From Kiritimatiellia bacterium (lineage in GTDB: Bacteria > Verrucomicrobiota > Kiritimatiellia > CAIQIC01 > Lenti-01), in NCBI GenBank assembly GCA_050176815.1, contig JBFXHR010000012.1, positions 15-64,014 on the forward strand: a stretch of DNA of 64,000 nucleotides, written 5' to 3'. The position numbers were made by a program, and so were the translations under genes. A model generated the notes under the pieces. It made no database searches and was not told where the DNA came from. It saw only the letters and a list, made by a program, of their open reading frames with translations. Shown piece after piece: positions 36,581 through 46,412 of this stretch; position 1 is the stretch's first letter, and the number at the start of each line of letters is the position of its first letter.

Positions 36581-37135
36581 ATGATCCGCACGACGGTTCC
36601 CGTTGCCGCACTGGCCTTGTTGCTGAATGCCGCTCCGGCGGCGGCCGCGCGAACATGGTTCGCCGAGGACGATCCGCCCCTCCTTTCCCTCGGCATCGGC
36701 GCCGCCCAGATTTTCGACGGCCACCAGGAAATCTTCTGGGGTGTCGAATACCGCCCCGCCTTCCGGTTTTTCCACGTCGGTCCCTGGTTCCTGTTCGGCA
36801 CCGGCAAAAACGACGAATTTTACGCGGCCGTCGGCATGCTGGCGGACGTTGAACTCGGCCGCGGCTGGGTGCTCACGCCAAGCTTCGGCGCCGGCTACTA
36901 CAACGCCTCCAGCGGCCTCGATCTGGGGTTCAACGCCGAATTCCGAACCGCCATCGAAATCGCCAGGCGCTTTGGCCACGGCCAGCGGATCGGCCTTTGC
37001 TTCGCCCATCTCTCCAACGGTTCGCTCAGCGACAAGAATCCCGGCACTGAAACCCTGGGAATCTCCTACTCGTTCCCAATCGATTTTTTGTTCCGCCGCG
37101 CGCCGACCGCCGCCATCCCGAACCGGACGGAATGA
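36581..37135 (+). CDS. PagL-like lipid A 3-O-deacylase family outer-membrane protein
   Basis: Signal peptide. Small beta-barrel size (184 aa). Conserved His/Ser segment GLCFAHLSNGSL matching the PagL HxSN catalytic motif. Terminal aromatic-rich strands. Confidence 0.55.
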   Translation: MIRTTVPVAALALLLNAAPAAAARTWFAEDDPPLLSLGIGAAQIFDGHQEIFWGVEYRPAFRFFHVGPWFLFGTGKNDEFYAAVGMLADVELGRGWVLTPSFGAGYYNASSGLDLGFNAEFRTAIEIARRFGHGQRIGLCFAHLSNGSLSDKNPGTETLGISYSFPIDFLFRRAPTAAIPNRTE

Positions 37136-37183
37136 ACGGACGGCTTTGCCTCGACGGGCGGACCGGGGTATAGTGGGCGTCTC

Positions 37184-38125
37184 ATGGTGTTCTTCTTCCA
37201 GATTCTCTGCGTGCTCGGCCTCGTCGGCGCGGGCTTCTTCGCGCGGCGCCGCGGCATGCTCTCCGCGCACGGCACCAACGACCTCGCCCACGTCGCCTTG
37301 TCCCTCGTCTATCCCGCGCTCATCTTTGTCTCGATCCTCGAGCTGTCCTTCGCCGACCTGCGCGCGAACCTGGCGCTGCCGCTCCTCGTGATGGCCATCG
37401 CGCTCGTCGGTTTCGGCCTCGGCCTGCTGGCCGTCCGGTTCCTCGGCCACGTCCCGCCGGAAACCTCCCGCGCGTTCCTCTTCCACTGCCTCATCAACAA
37501 CTACTCGTTCCTGCCCCTGCCCCTCGTCCTCTTCCGCTACGGCGACGCCGGCGTCGCCCTGCTCGTCTTTTCCTCCGTCGGCTACGAGCTCCTGCTGTGG
37601 TCGCTCGGCGTCATGCTCTTCACCCGCGCCGAACGCAAGCGCGACCGCCTCAAATCCCTCTTCAGCCCCCCGTTCGTCACGCTGCTGGCCAGCCTCGCCT
37701 TCGTCGCCGCGCGCGATCTGCTGCCCTGGCCCGAACCGCCGCCTTGGCTGGCGCAGGCGGCCGGCACGTTCCGCGGCGGCCTCAAGACCCTCGGCGCCGC
37801 CACCATCGCCCTCTCGATGCTCGTCGCCGGCAGCCGCTTCGCCACGCTGAAATTCGAAACCATGCTGGGCTGGCGCATCTGGTTCGTCTCCGTCCTCCGT
37901 TTGGTCGCCGTCCCCCTCGTCATGATTCCGATCTTCGGCCTGATTCCCATGGACCCCGTCGCCCGCGGCATCCTCTACATCGTCTCCGTCATGCCCTCCG
38001 CCATGGTCAGCGTCCTCTTCTCCGAACGCTACGGCGGCGACACGGATTTCATCGCCGGCGCCCTGTTGCTCACCCACCTCTGGGCGCTTGTCACCGTCCC
38101 CCTCTTCCTCGCCTGGGCGTTCTGA
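37184..38125 (+). CDS. AEC-family (auxin efflux carrier-like) membrane transporter
   Basis: 313 aa, about 10 TM helices in two homologous halves, typical of the AEC/malate permease family. Confidence 0.65.
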   Translation: MVFFFQILCVLGLVGAGFFARRRGMLSAHGTNDLAHVALSLVYPALIFVSILELSFADLRANLALPLLVMAIALVGFGLGLLAVRFLGHVPPETSRAFLFHCLINNYSFLPLPLVLFRYGDAGVALLVFSSVGYELLLWSLGVMLFTRAERKRDRLKSLFSPPFVTLLASLAFVAARDLLPWPEPPPWLAQAAGTFRGGLKTLGAATIALSMLVAGSRFATLKFETMLGWRIWFVSVLRLVAVPLVMIPIFGLIPMDPVARGILYIVSVMPSAMVSVLFSERYGGDTDFIAGALLLTHLWALVTVPLFLAWAF

Positions 38126-38147
38126 TCCGCCCCGGCGGCCTTGCGGT

Positions 38148-39122
38148 TCAATACAAGTGGCACCAGACGCGATGGCCGTCCACCTCGCGGCAGGCGGGCG
38201 CTTCCTTGCGGCAAATGGGCAGGGCGTTCGGACAGCGCGGATGGAACGGACATCCCGGCGGCGGGTTCGCCGCCGACGGCGGCTCGCCGGGCAACGCCTT
38301 GCGCTTCCGCTTCACGCCCGGCATCGGCACGGCCGCCACCAGCGCCTGGGCGTAGGGATGCTTCGGGGCCTCCACCATGGCCTCCGCCGGTCCCACCTCC
38401 GCCAGCCGACCCAGATACATCACCGCGATGCGGTGCGACACGTGGCGCAGCACGCTCAAGTCGTGGGCGATCATCAGGTACGCCAGCCCGCGCTTCTTCC
38501 GAAGGTCCACCAGCAAGTTGATCACCTGCGCCTGCACGCTGACGTCGAGCGCGCTGACCACCTCGTCGCCAACCACGATATCCGGATCCAGCGACAGGGC
38601 GCGGGCGATGCAAATGCGCTGCCGCTGGCCGCCCGAAAACTCGAACGGATATTTCCAGAGCGCGGATTCGTCCAGCCCCACTTCCCCCAGCAGGCGCGCC
38701 GCGACCGCCTCGCGCGGCTCGCCCCGCAGCAGGCGATGCTCGGCCATTCCCTCCGTCAGCAGGTCGCAGATGGCCATGCGCGGATTCAACGACGCCATCG
38801 GATCCTGGAAGACCATCTGGATGCGGCGGCGCTGGTCCTTCGTCGGCGGCTTGCGGCGCGTCGGCGAAAACAGGATTTCGCCGTCCATTTTCACGGTTCC
38901 CGCCGTCGGCTTTTCCAACCCCGCCAGCACGCGGCCCAGCGTCGTCTTGCCGCAACCGGACTCTCCCGCCAGCCCCAGCGTTTCCCCGCGCGCGACGTCC
39001 AGCGACACCCCGCCGACGGCGTGGACAAAGCCTTTCGTCCGCGCCAGCACCCCGCGCCGGATCGGAAAGCGCACCTCCACCCCTTCCATCGAAATCCATG
39101 GCGTTGCCGGAGTCCCAGTCAT
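38148..39122 (-). CDS. Oligopeptide/dipeptide ABC transporter ATP-binding protein (OppF/DppF-type)
   Basis: Walker A GESGCGKTT, signature FSGGQRQR, Walker B IVVGDEVVSALD, and a C-terminal oligopeptide-ABC Cys-rich tail (GCPFHPRCPNALPICRKEAPACRE). Confidence 0.8.
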   Translation of the reverse strand: MTGTPATPWISMEGVEVRFPIRRGVLARTKGFVHAVGGVSLDVARGETLGLAGESGCGKTTLGRVLAGLEKPTAGTVKMDGEILFSPTRRKPPTKDQRRRIQMVFQDPMASLNPRMAICDLLTEGMAEHRLLRGEPREAVAARLLGEVGLDESALWKYPFEFSGGQRQRICIARALSLDPDIVVGDEVVSALDVSVQAQVINLLVDLRKKRGLAYLMIAHDLSVLRHVSHRIAVMYLGRLAEVGPAEAMVEAPKHPYAQALVAAVPMPGVKRKRKALPGEPPSAANPPPGCPFHPRCPNALPICRKEAPACREVDGHRVWCHLY

Positions 39123-39141
39123 GCCCGCACCCTACCCGGAT

Positions 39142-40011
39142 TCACGGCGAAAGAAAATCGCGCAGTTGGTCCGCGCAGGCGGCCGCGTCGGCATAGCCGT
39201 TCCGGTAGAGGCGCTCGAGTTCCGCGCGATCTTGGCTGTAGCGCCCCACGGCCAAAGGCTTCGAAGGCCGGACGACCCGCAGCCTTCCGGCGGCCTCTTC
39301 CGCTTCCAGTTCGCCGATTTCCCGGTTGTAGGTCTCGTGCTGGCGCAGCACCGCTTCGGCCAACGCCGGGAAATGCCGGTACTTCAGCCGGATCGCCGCG
39401 CGCATCGCGGCGCGGGGCGCATGCTTGCGGAATCCCTGGTTGCGCGTCAGCACCACGACGCGCCGCGGATATCCGTCCGCCGCCGCCTGACCGAACGGGA
39501 TGGGATCCGAAATGCCCCCGTCGAGGTAGAGCCGCCCGTTCACCCGCGCCATCCGCCCCACCATCGGCAGCGACGAACTCGCGATCAGGGCCTCCGTCAT
39601 CGGGGCGTCGGCCTTGTCGAAGAAAACCGCCCGGCCCGTCCGGCAATCCGTCGCGCCGATCCGGAACCGGACCGGAGAGGCCTGGAACGCGGCGAAATCG
39701 AACGGCACGTACGCCGGAATTTCCCGGTAGATGAAATCCATGCCGAACGGATTGCCCTTCCGCGGCCAGTTCCGCCACGAGAAGTAGCGCGGATCGCCCG
39801 CGAACCGCGTGAAAACCTCCCGGTTGCGCCCGTACTGTCCCGCCACGTACGACGCCGCGTTGCTGATGCCCGCCGACACTCCGATCACGTACGGAAAGCG
39901 AAGGCCGGCCTTCAAAAAGAAATCCATCGCCCCCGACGCGTATTGCGCGCGCATGCCGCCGCCTTCCAGCACCAGCGCCGCGTCGTTCCGAACTCGGGAG
40001 ACCGCCGTCAC
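39142..40011 (-). CDS. Patatin-like phospholipase
   Basis: GGGMRAQY oxyanion motif, GVSAGI (GxSxG nucleophile) and DGG catalytic Asp motif. Confidence 0.75.
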   Translation of the reverse strand: MTAVSRVRNDAALVLEGGGMRAQYASGAMDFFLKAGLRFPYVIGVSAGISNAASYVAGQYGRNREVFTRFAGDPRYFSWRNWPRKGNPFGMDFIYREIPAYVPFDFAAFQASPVRFRIGATDCRTGRAVFFDKADAPMTEALIASSSLPMVGRMARVNGRLYLDGGISDPIPFGQAAADGYPRRVVVLTRNQGFRKHAPRAAMRAAIRLKYRHFPALAEAVLRQHETYNREIGELEAEEAAGRLRVVRPSKPLAVGRYSQDRAELERLYRNGYADAAACADQLRDFLSP

Positions 40012-40018
40012 GCGGGCC

Positions 40019-40648
40019 TCACAGCGCGTTCACGTAGCCGCCCGTCTTGCCTGCTTCGCGGACGAATCCGTTCCGGGAAAAATATCTCGGCTGGGAGGGA
40101 TGCCGCGCCACCGCGTGGAAGCGCTTGATGCCCTGCTCCTTGAAAAACATCCGCTTGGTCCGGTAGAGATAGCGCCCCGCCTTGAAATCGCGGTATTCCG
40201 GGATCATGAAATCGATGACGATATCCGCGTCCGGCCCCGCCGGCCGGTACGAGAACAGGCCCACCGGCAGCATGTTCCGGAACAAGATGCACGTGTGCGC
40301 CTCCAGCAGGTCTTCGAGCGTCAGTCCCGGAGCGAATTTCAACAGCTCCCGTTCGTTGAACAGGAAAAACCGCTTGAGATATTCCGGCCCCAGGCTCGAC
40401 GCCGGCGCCAAATCGTAGAACGCGCTGTAGCGCATCGATCGCAGCAGGTACCACCCGTCGATCCCCACGATCACCAGATTGATCAGGCATACCGGCCACG
40501 ATCCGATGAGCCATCCGTACCCGCTGAACAGGATCGACCCGCCCAGATTGATCAACCGCAGCCGAAACACGTTGGTCATCAGCAGCGAAACCAGAATGAT
40601 CAGCGACGCCGCGTAGCCGATCCCTTCCTTTGCCAAATCGAAATTCAT
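40019..40648 (-). CDS. Hypothetical membrane-anchored protein (2-3 N-terminal TM helices plus a cytoplasmic domain)
   Basis: 209-aa ORF tightly packed between fmt and the patatin gene (7-17 nt gaps). No confident family assignment. Confidence 0.4.
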   Translation of the reverse strand: MNFDLAKEGIGYAASLIILVSLLMTNVFRLRLINLGGSILFSGYGWLIGSWPVCLINLVIVGIDGWYLLRSMRYSAFYDLAPASSLGPEYLKRFFLFNERELLKFAPGLTLEDLLEAHTCILFRNMLPVGLFSYRPAGPDADIVIDFMIPEYRDFKAGRYLYRTKRMFFKEQGIKRFHAVARHPSQPRYFSRNGFVREAGKTGGYVNAL

Positions 40649-40664
40649 GCCGTTTCCTTTGGGT

Positions 40665-41609
40665 TCATGCGCCCAGCCGTTCGCCGACGCGCAGCCGGTG
40701 TCCGCACAGGAACGCCGCGCCGGACATCGACTTTTTGCCCGCCGGTTGCACCTGCGTCAACCGCAAGGCGCCCCCGCCCGTCGCCACCAGCGGGCCGGCG
40801 CCCGCCGCTTCCAAAACCGTCCCCGGCGCCGCCGGCGCGCCGACTTCCGCGTTCGCTTCGTGGATTTTCAGCGACCATCCTCCCGGCAAAAACGTAAAAG
40901 CCCCCGGCCACGGCGCAAATCCCCGCAGTCGGTTCCGAATCGCCTCCGCCGGCAAGCTCCAATCCACAAGACCGTCTTCCTTGGCCAGCTTCCGCGCAAA
41001 GGTCGCTTGCGACTCGTCCTGCGGAATTCCCCGCGTTTTCCCCGCGCGGAAATCGTCCAAGGTCCGCACCAGCAGCGCCGCGCCCCGCGCCGCCAATTTC
41101 GGCTCCAGCGTGCATGCGGTGTCCTCCGGCGCAACCGGGACGCTCTCCTGCGCCAAGAGATCCCCCGCATCCATCTTCGGCGTCACGTAGAGCACGCTCA
41201 CCCCCGTTTCCGTTTCGCCGTTCGCCAGCGCCCACTGGATGGGGCTCGCGCCCCGATACTTCGGCAGCAGCGACGGATGCACGTTGATCGTCCCCAGCCG
41301 AGGCACCGCCAGCAGATGGGCCTTCAGGAACTGCCCGAAACACGCCACCACGACCACGTCCGGCGCCAGCGCCGCCAGTTGCGAAACGAACCCCTCTTCG
41401 CTCGCGTCTTCGGGCGCGAACGTCGGCAAACCGCGTTCCCGCGCCAACGTCTTCAGCGCGCAGGGCATGCATTGCAGTCCCCGCCCGCCGGCCCGGTCCG
41501 GCTGCGTAGCCACGGCCACGAGATCGTCCCGCCCCGCCGCGAGAATGCCCTCCAGCAGCGGACATGCCAGCGCGCCCGACCCCATCAAAATGACCTTCAA
41601 CCTGTCCAC
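40665..41609 (-). CDS. fmt: Methionyl-tRNA formyltransferase
   Basis: LKVILMGSGALACPLLEGI...NVHPSLLPKYRGASPIQWALANGETETGVSV (formyltransferase SLLP motif) plus a C-terminal Fmt domain. Confidence 0.85.
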   Translation of the reverse strand: MDRLKVILMGSGALACPLLEGILAAGRDDLVAVATQPDRAGGRGLQCMPCALKTLARERGLPTFAPEDASEEGFVSQLAALAPDVVVVACFGQFLKAHLLAVPRLGTINVHPSLLPKYRGASPIQWALANGETETGVSVLYVTPKMDAGDLLAQESVPVAPEDTACTLEPKLAARGAALLVRTLDDFRAGKTRGIPQDESQATFARKLAKEDGLVDWSLPAEAIRNRLRGFAPWPGAFTFLPGGWSLKIHEANAEVGAPAAPGTVLEAAGAGPLVATGGGALRLTQVQPAGKKSMSGAAFLCGHRLRVGERLGA

Positions 41610-41773
41610 GCCCGTACGCTAGAGTTCCGCCCCCCCGCCGTCAAAGCAAAACCCGCGCCGCCCGCCCGCGAATTCGGACCGATCGCAGATTGGGCTTTCC
41701 TTTTCCGGGCGGTATGGAAAAATCCACCCCGCATTTTCCGCCGTGTGGAAAAAACCAGATCAGGAGCCTTTTC

Positions 41774-44413
41774 ATGATGACCTCGTCCGAAATCCGCCAG
41801 TCGTTCCTCGACTTTTTCGCCTCGAAAGGGCACGAGATCGTCCCCTCGTCCCCCGTCGTCCTCCCGACCGACCCCACCCTCCTCTTCGCCAACGCCGGCA
41901 TGAACCAGTTCAAGGAAATCTTCCTCGGCGCCCGCAAGTCGTCCTACCGCCGCGTCGCCGACACCCAGAAGTGCATCCGCGTCTCCGGCAAGCACAACGA
42001 CCTCGAGGAAGTCGGCCGCGACACCTACCACCACACCTTCTTCGAAATGCTCGGCAACTGGTCCTTCGGCGACTACTACAAGCGCGAGGCCATTTCCTGG
42101 GCCTGGGAACTGCTCACCGACGTCTGGAAGCTCCCCAAGAACCGCCTCTGGGTCACCGTCTATACCACCGACGACGAAGCCGCCGAGATCTGGCGCACCT
42201 GCACCGACGTCGATCCGAACCATATCCTGCGCTTCGGCGAAAAGGACAACTTCTGGGAAATGGGCGAAACCGGCCCGTGCGGCCCCTGCTCGGAAATCCA
42301 TTTCGACCTCACCCCCAACGGCTGCACGCCGGACCTGGTCAACGCCGGCACCCCCCAGGTCATCGAGATCTGGAACAACGTCTTCATGCAGTACAACCGC
42401 AAGTCCGACGGCACCCTCGACGACCTGCCGGCCAAGTGCGTGGACACGGGCATGGGCTTCGAACGCGTCGTCGCCGTCATCCAGGGCAAGACGTCCAACT
42501 ACGACACCGACGTCTTCATGCCGCTCATCGAAGCCGTCGCCAAGCTTTCCGGCAAGCCGTACGTCGAGGACGAAACCGCCGTCGCCATGCGGGTCATCGC
42601 CGACCACCTGCGCGCGCTGTCCTTCGCCATCGCCGACGGCGTCATGCCCTCCAACGACGGCCGCGGCTACGTCCTGCGCCGCCTGCTGCGCCGCGCCGCC
42701 CGCTACGGCCGCAACATCGGCCTCGTGAAGCCCTTCCTCTGCAAGCTCTTCCCCGTCCTCGAAAAGCAGATGGGCGGCTTCTTCCCCGAGCTGACCGCCC
42801 GGCGCGAGGAAATCATCCGCGCCCTGCGCGCCGAAGAAGAATCCTTCGCCGCCACCCTCGATCGCGGCATCGCCCACTTCGACGCCACCGTCGCCGAACT
42901 CAAGAAGACCGACGCCACCGTCTTCCCCGGCGACCAAGCCTTTAAGCTCTACGACACCTACGGCTTCCCGCTCGACCTCACCGTCCTCATGGCCGCCGAG
43001 AAGAGCCTCGACGTCGACCAGCCCGCGTTCGACCGCTGCATGGACGAGCAGCGCGCCCGCGCGCGCGCCGCCCGCAAGGACGGCTCCGGCGCCGAAAACG
43101 ACCTCGTCGCCCATTTCATCGAACAAGGCCTCCAATCCACGTTCACCGGCTATGCGTCGCTATCCACCGGCACCGAAATCCTCGCCATTCTTTCCAGCGG
43201 CCAACTCGTCGACTCGCTCGCCGAGGGCCAGAGCGGAGAAATCCTGCTGAAACAAACGCCCTTCTACGCCGAGTCCGGCGGCCAAGTCGGCGACACCGGC
43301 ATCCTCACGACCGACTCCGGTGCGCGGTTCGAAGTGCAGGACACCCAGAAGCCCGCGCAGGGCATCCTCCTCCACAAGGGCAAGCTCGCGCAAGGTGCGC
43401 TGGCCAAAGGCGCCGCCGTCGTCGCGTCCGTGGACGCTGCCCGCCGCGCCGCCATCCGCCGCCACCACACCGCCACGCATCTGCTCAACGCCGCGCTGCG
43501 CAAGGTGCTCGGCACCGATTCCATCAAGCAGGCCGGCTCCTACGTCTCCCCCGACCGCCTGCGCTTCGACTTCACCTGGTTCGAGGCCCTCACCGCCGAG
43601 CAACTCGCCGCCATCGAACGCCTCGTCACCGAGTACGTCGTCGCCAACGTGCCCGTCCAGACCTACGAGATGGCCCTCAAGGACGTCCCCGGCTCCGGCA
43701 TCATCGCCGTCTTCGACGAGAAATACGGCGATACGGTGCGCGTCGTGGACACCGAAGGCATCTCGCGCGAGCTCTGCGGCGGCACCCACGTTTCCCGCAG
43801 CGGCGACATCGGTCCTTTCCGCATCCTCGCCGAAACCTCCATCGCCGCCGGCGTCCGGCGCATCGAGGCCCAGACCGGCCTCGTCGCCTGCGACCACACC
43901 GCGCAGGAACACGCCATCCTGGCTTCCCTCGCCCAACGCCTGTCCATCGGTTCCGAAGCCCTCCCCGCGCGCATCGAAGCCCTGCTCGAGCAAACCCAGA
44001 AGCTGGAGAAGGAACTCAAGGCCGCCGCCGAGAAGAGCGCCCTTGAAAAAGGCGCGGCGCTGGCCGGAAAATTCGCGCCGATCGGCGGCCTCCCCGTCCT
44101 GATCGAATCCGTCGGCGAATTGGCCGCCGACCCCCTGCGCGCCCTCGTTGAAAGCCTGCGCAAGCAGACCCCCGAGAGCGTGATTCTGTTGGCGGCCGTC
44201 GCGGACGGCAAGATCACCTTTATTTTGAACGCCGGCCCCGCGGCGCAGGCCAAGGGCATCCACGCCGGCAAGCTCGTCGGCGCCATCGCCAAGCTCGCGG
44301 GCGGCGGCGGCGGCGGCAAGTCCGACAAGGCCCAGGCCGGCGGCAAGGATCCCGACAAGCTGCCCGACGCCCTCGCCGCCGCGCGCGAGATGCTGGCCAA
44401 GGCTCTGGCTTGA
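41774..44413 (+). CDS. alaS: Alanine--tRNA ligase
   Basis: MMTSSEIRQSFLDFFASKGHEIVPSSP..., catalytic core, HxxxH-type editing motif region (HTATHLLNAAL), and a C-terminal DHHA1-like tail. 879 aa from the MMTSS start. Confidence 0.9.
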   Translation: MMTSSEIRQSFLDFFASKGHEIVPSSPVVLPTDPTLLFANAGMNQFKEIFLGARKSSYRRVADTQKCIRVSGKHNDLEEVGRDTYHHTFFEMLGNWSFGDYYKREAISWAWELLTDVWKLPKNRLWVTVYTTDDEAAEIWRTCTDVDPNHILRFGEKDNFWEMGETGPCGPCSEIHFDLTPNGCTPDLVNAGTPQVIEIWNNVFMQYNRKSDGTLDDLPAKCVDTGMGFERVVAVIQGKTSNYDTDVFMPLIEAVAKLSGKPYVEDETAVAMRVIADHLRALSFAIADGVMPSNDGRGYVLRRLLRRAARYGRNIGLVKPFLCKLFPVLEKQMGGFFPELTARREEIIRALRAEEESFAATLDRGIAHFDATVAELKKTDATVFPGDQAFKLYDTYGFPLDLTVLMAAEKSLDVDQPAFDRCMDEQRARARAARKDGSGAENDLVAHFIEQGLQSTFTGYASLSTGTEILAILSSGQLVDSLAEGQSGEILLKQTPFYAESGGQVGDTGILTTDSGARFEVQDTQKPAQGILLHKGKLAQGALAKGAAVVASVDAARRAAIRRHHTATHLLNAALRKVLGTDSIKQAGSYVSPDRLRFDFTWFEALTAEQLAAIERLVTEYVVANVPVQTYEMALKDVPGSGIIAVFDEKYGDTVRVVDTEGISRELCGGTHVSRSGDIGPFRILAETSIAAGVRRIEAQTGLVACDHTAQEHAILASLAQRLSIGSEALPARIEALLEQTQKLEKELKAAAEKSALEKGAALAGKFAPIGGLPVLIESVGELAADPLRALVESLRKQTPESVILLAAVADGKITFILNAGPAAQAKGIHAGKLVGAIAKLAGGGGGGKSDKAQAGGKDPDKLPDALAAAREMLAKALA

Positions 44414-44438
44414 TATTCGAACGCCCGGCCGCCGCAGG

Positions 44439-46412
44439 TCAGGGCGCGGGCGGGGACGAAGCGGCCGCCGCCGCTTCCTTGGCCAATTTGCGTTCCAGCG
44501 ACCGGATGTTCAGCGCGCTGACCCCGCCGGCAACCTTGTCTTCCACGTTCTTCCGGAAAATGTCCAGCGCTTCTGGATCGCGCCCCATTTGGCGCAACTG
44601 GACGCCCAGTTGCTCCCGATAGAAAACGTGCCGGTGCTGATAGGTCGCCGCGCGCCGGAAATGTTCCAGCGCCCCGTCCCGGTCGCCCATCGCGTTGAGC
44701 GCCCGCGCCCAGCCGAATTCGATTTCCATGTCGCGGGAATTCCTCGCCTTCGCCTCCCGGAAATGCCCCGCCGCTTCCTCCGCCAGCCGCTTCCGGATTT
44801 CCTTCTCCGCCGCCGGATCCGGATCCCGGAGCCACACGGCTTGCGTCGCCTTCAGATTGCCCAAGCCCAAATGCGGCTTCCAGTTCCACCCGTCCCAGCG
44901 AATGGCTTTTCGGTAGGCGCGCTCGACCTTTTCGTAATCCATCTTTTCCCGCGCCATTTCGGCTTTCAGATTCCAGCCGTAGGACATGCCGCCCGACAGC
45001 GCGAGCCATGCGCCGATTCCGCACGCCGCCGCCCCCGCCGCGGAAATCCCCAGGCGGACCCGGCGGGCGCGGCCTTCGGGAATATCCCGCCCCTGCTCCC
45101 GGGCGAACCAAACGCCCCAAGCCGCCCCGCCCATCCAAACCAACGCGTGCGGATTGGGAAAGATGTGGAAATTGAAATCGAAAACCGCGTGGACCAGCGA
45201 GGCCGCCAAAGCCCCGCCCGCGCCGGCCAGCAGAAACGCGCCCTCCCGGGAGCGGGACCGCAACACGCCCCGCGCCAGGCCCCAGGCGACGGCCAGCAGC
45301 CCCGCCAGCGCCAAGGTCCCTCCGAACGCGCCGTATTCCAGCAGGATCTGGATGTACTCGTTGTGGGGATAATCGTAGTTCAGGTGCTCGTCCACGTAGG
45401 CCTGGTAAGGCGGATAGACCCAAACGTAGGATCCGCCGCCGAATCCCCGCCAGGGGCGGTCTCGAAACATGGCCGGCGCATCGCGCCACATCGCCAGCCG
45501 AACGCCGCCGGCCTTGACCGGATCCTCCCAAACCACCCCGAACCGGGCCTTGACCGCCGGAAGGGTATGCCACGCCGTCCAGCCGATGGCGGCCGCCAGC
45601 AGCGGCAGCGCCACCAGGGCCGCCAGCAGCCCGGCGCGGCTTCGGCGCCACGCCAGCAGCAGCGCGGACGTTCCCAGCCCGGCCATGGCCCCCATCCAGC
45701 CGCTGCGCGACTGCGTCCAGTACAACACGGGCGCCGACACCCCGAGAAAGTAGAGCGACATCAGCCGCAGCGGGAATCCGGCCTCCGGCAACAGCGCCAG
45801 CACCACGGCCACGGGAAACGCCATGGCCAGCACGTTGGCGAAATGATTGGGGCAAAGATAGGTCCCGCTGGCGCGCAGGCCGTATTGCGCCGGGCGCGCC
45901 AACCAGAGAACGCGGGGCGATCCGTTCACCTGCTGGACGATCGCATACAGGCTGTCCAGCGTCGCGACCAGCAACAGGACGCCCAGCAGCCATTTCCAGC
46001 GGTGGGCGCGCATCCCCGCCTGCGTCCATGCGAAAGCCGCCGCCAGCAGGCAAACCCACTTCAGCGCTTCCCATCTCGCCGCGTAGGGAACGGCCGCCCC
46101 GGAAACGCCGGCCACGACGTAGGCCGTTAAAAGGGCGAAAACCCAGAATCCGGACGGAACGCGCCAGCGCGGAGTGGACGGGAAAACCAGCGGCCGCGCC
46201 AGCACCAGCATGGACCCCAGAAAGGAGAGAACCAGACCGAAAGCGTATCCCCACGTGCGGGTGGACCCCAGCAGCCACATGCCCCCGGTCGCCGGCCACG
46301 CCAAGGCCAGCAGGGACAGGCCGTCGTAGAACCGTTCGGACCGGGATACCCGTTCGGCGCCCTCTCCGCCCCAATCGTCTCGGAATCGCATGGGGCCCCC
46401 GGCGCCTACCAC
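44439..46412 (-). CDS. O-antigen ligase/polymerase-like (Wzy_C/WaaL family) membrane protein with a C-terminal TPR-like domain
   Basis: Polytopic N-terminus with the Wzy_C-type loop (LYWTQSRSGWMGAMAGLG...). C-terminal soluble helical repeat region. Start position uncertain. Confidence 0.65.
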   Translation of the reverse strand: MVGAGGPMRFRDDWGGEGAERVSRSERFYDGLSLLALAWPATGGMWLLGSTRTWGYAFGLVLSFLGSMLVLARPLVFPSTPRWRVPSGFWVFALLTAYVVAGVSGAAVPYAARWEALKWVCLLAAAFAWTQAGMRAHRWKWLLGVLLLVATLDSLYAIVQQVNGSPRVLWLARPAQYGLRASGTYLCPNHFANVLAMAFPVAVVLALLPEAGFPLRLMSLYFLGVSAPVLYWTQSRSGWMGAMAGLGTSALLLAWRRSRAGLLAALVALPLLAAAIGWTAWHTLPAVKARFGVVWEDPVKAGGVRLAMWRDAPAMFRDRPWRGFGGGSYVWVYPPYQAYVDEHLNYDYPHNEYIQILLEYGAFGGTLALAGLLAVAWGLARGVLRSRSREGAFLLAGAGGALAASLVHAVFDFNFHIFPNPHALVWMGGAAWGVWFAREQGRDIPEGRARRVRLGISAAGAAACGIGAWLALSGGMSYGWNLKAEMAREKMDYEKVERAYRKAIRWDGWNWKPHLGLGNLKATQAVWLRDPDPAAEKEIRKRLAEEAAGHFREAKARNSRDMEIEFGWARALNAMGDRDGALEHFRRAATYQHRHVFYREQLGVQLRQMGRDPEALDIFRKNVEDKVAGGVSALNIRSLERKLAKEAAAAASSPPAP

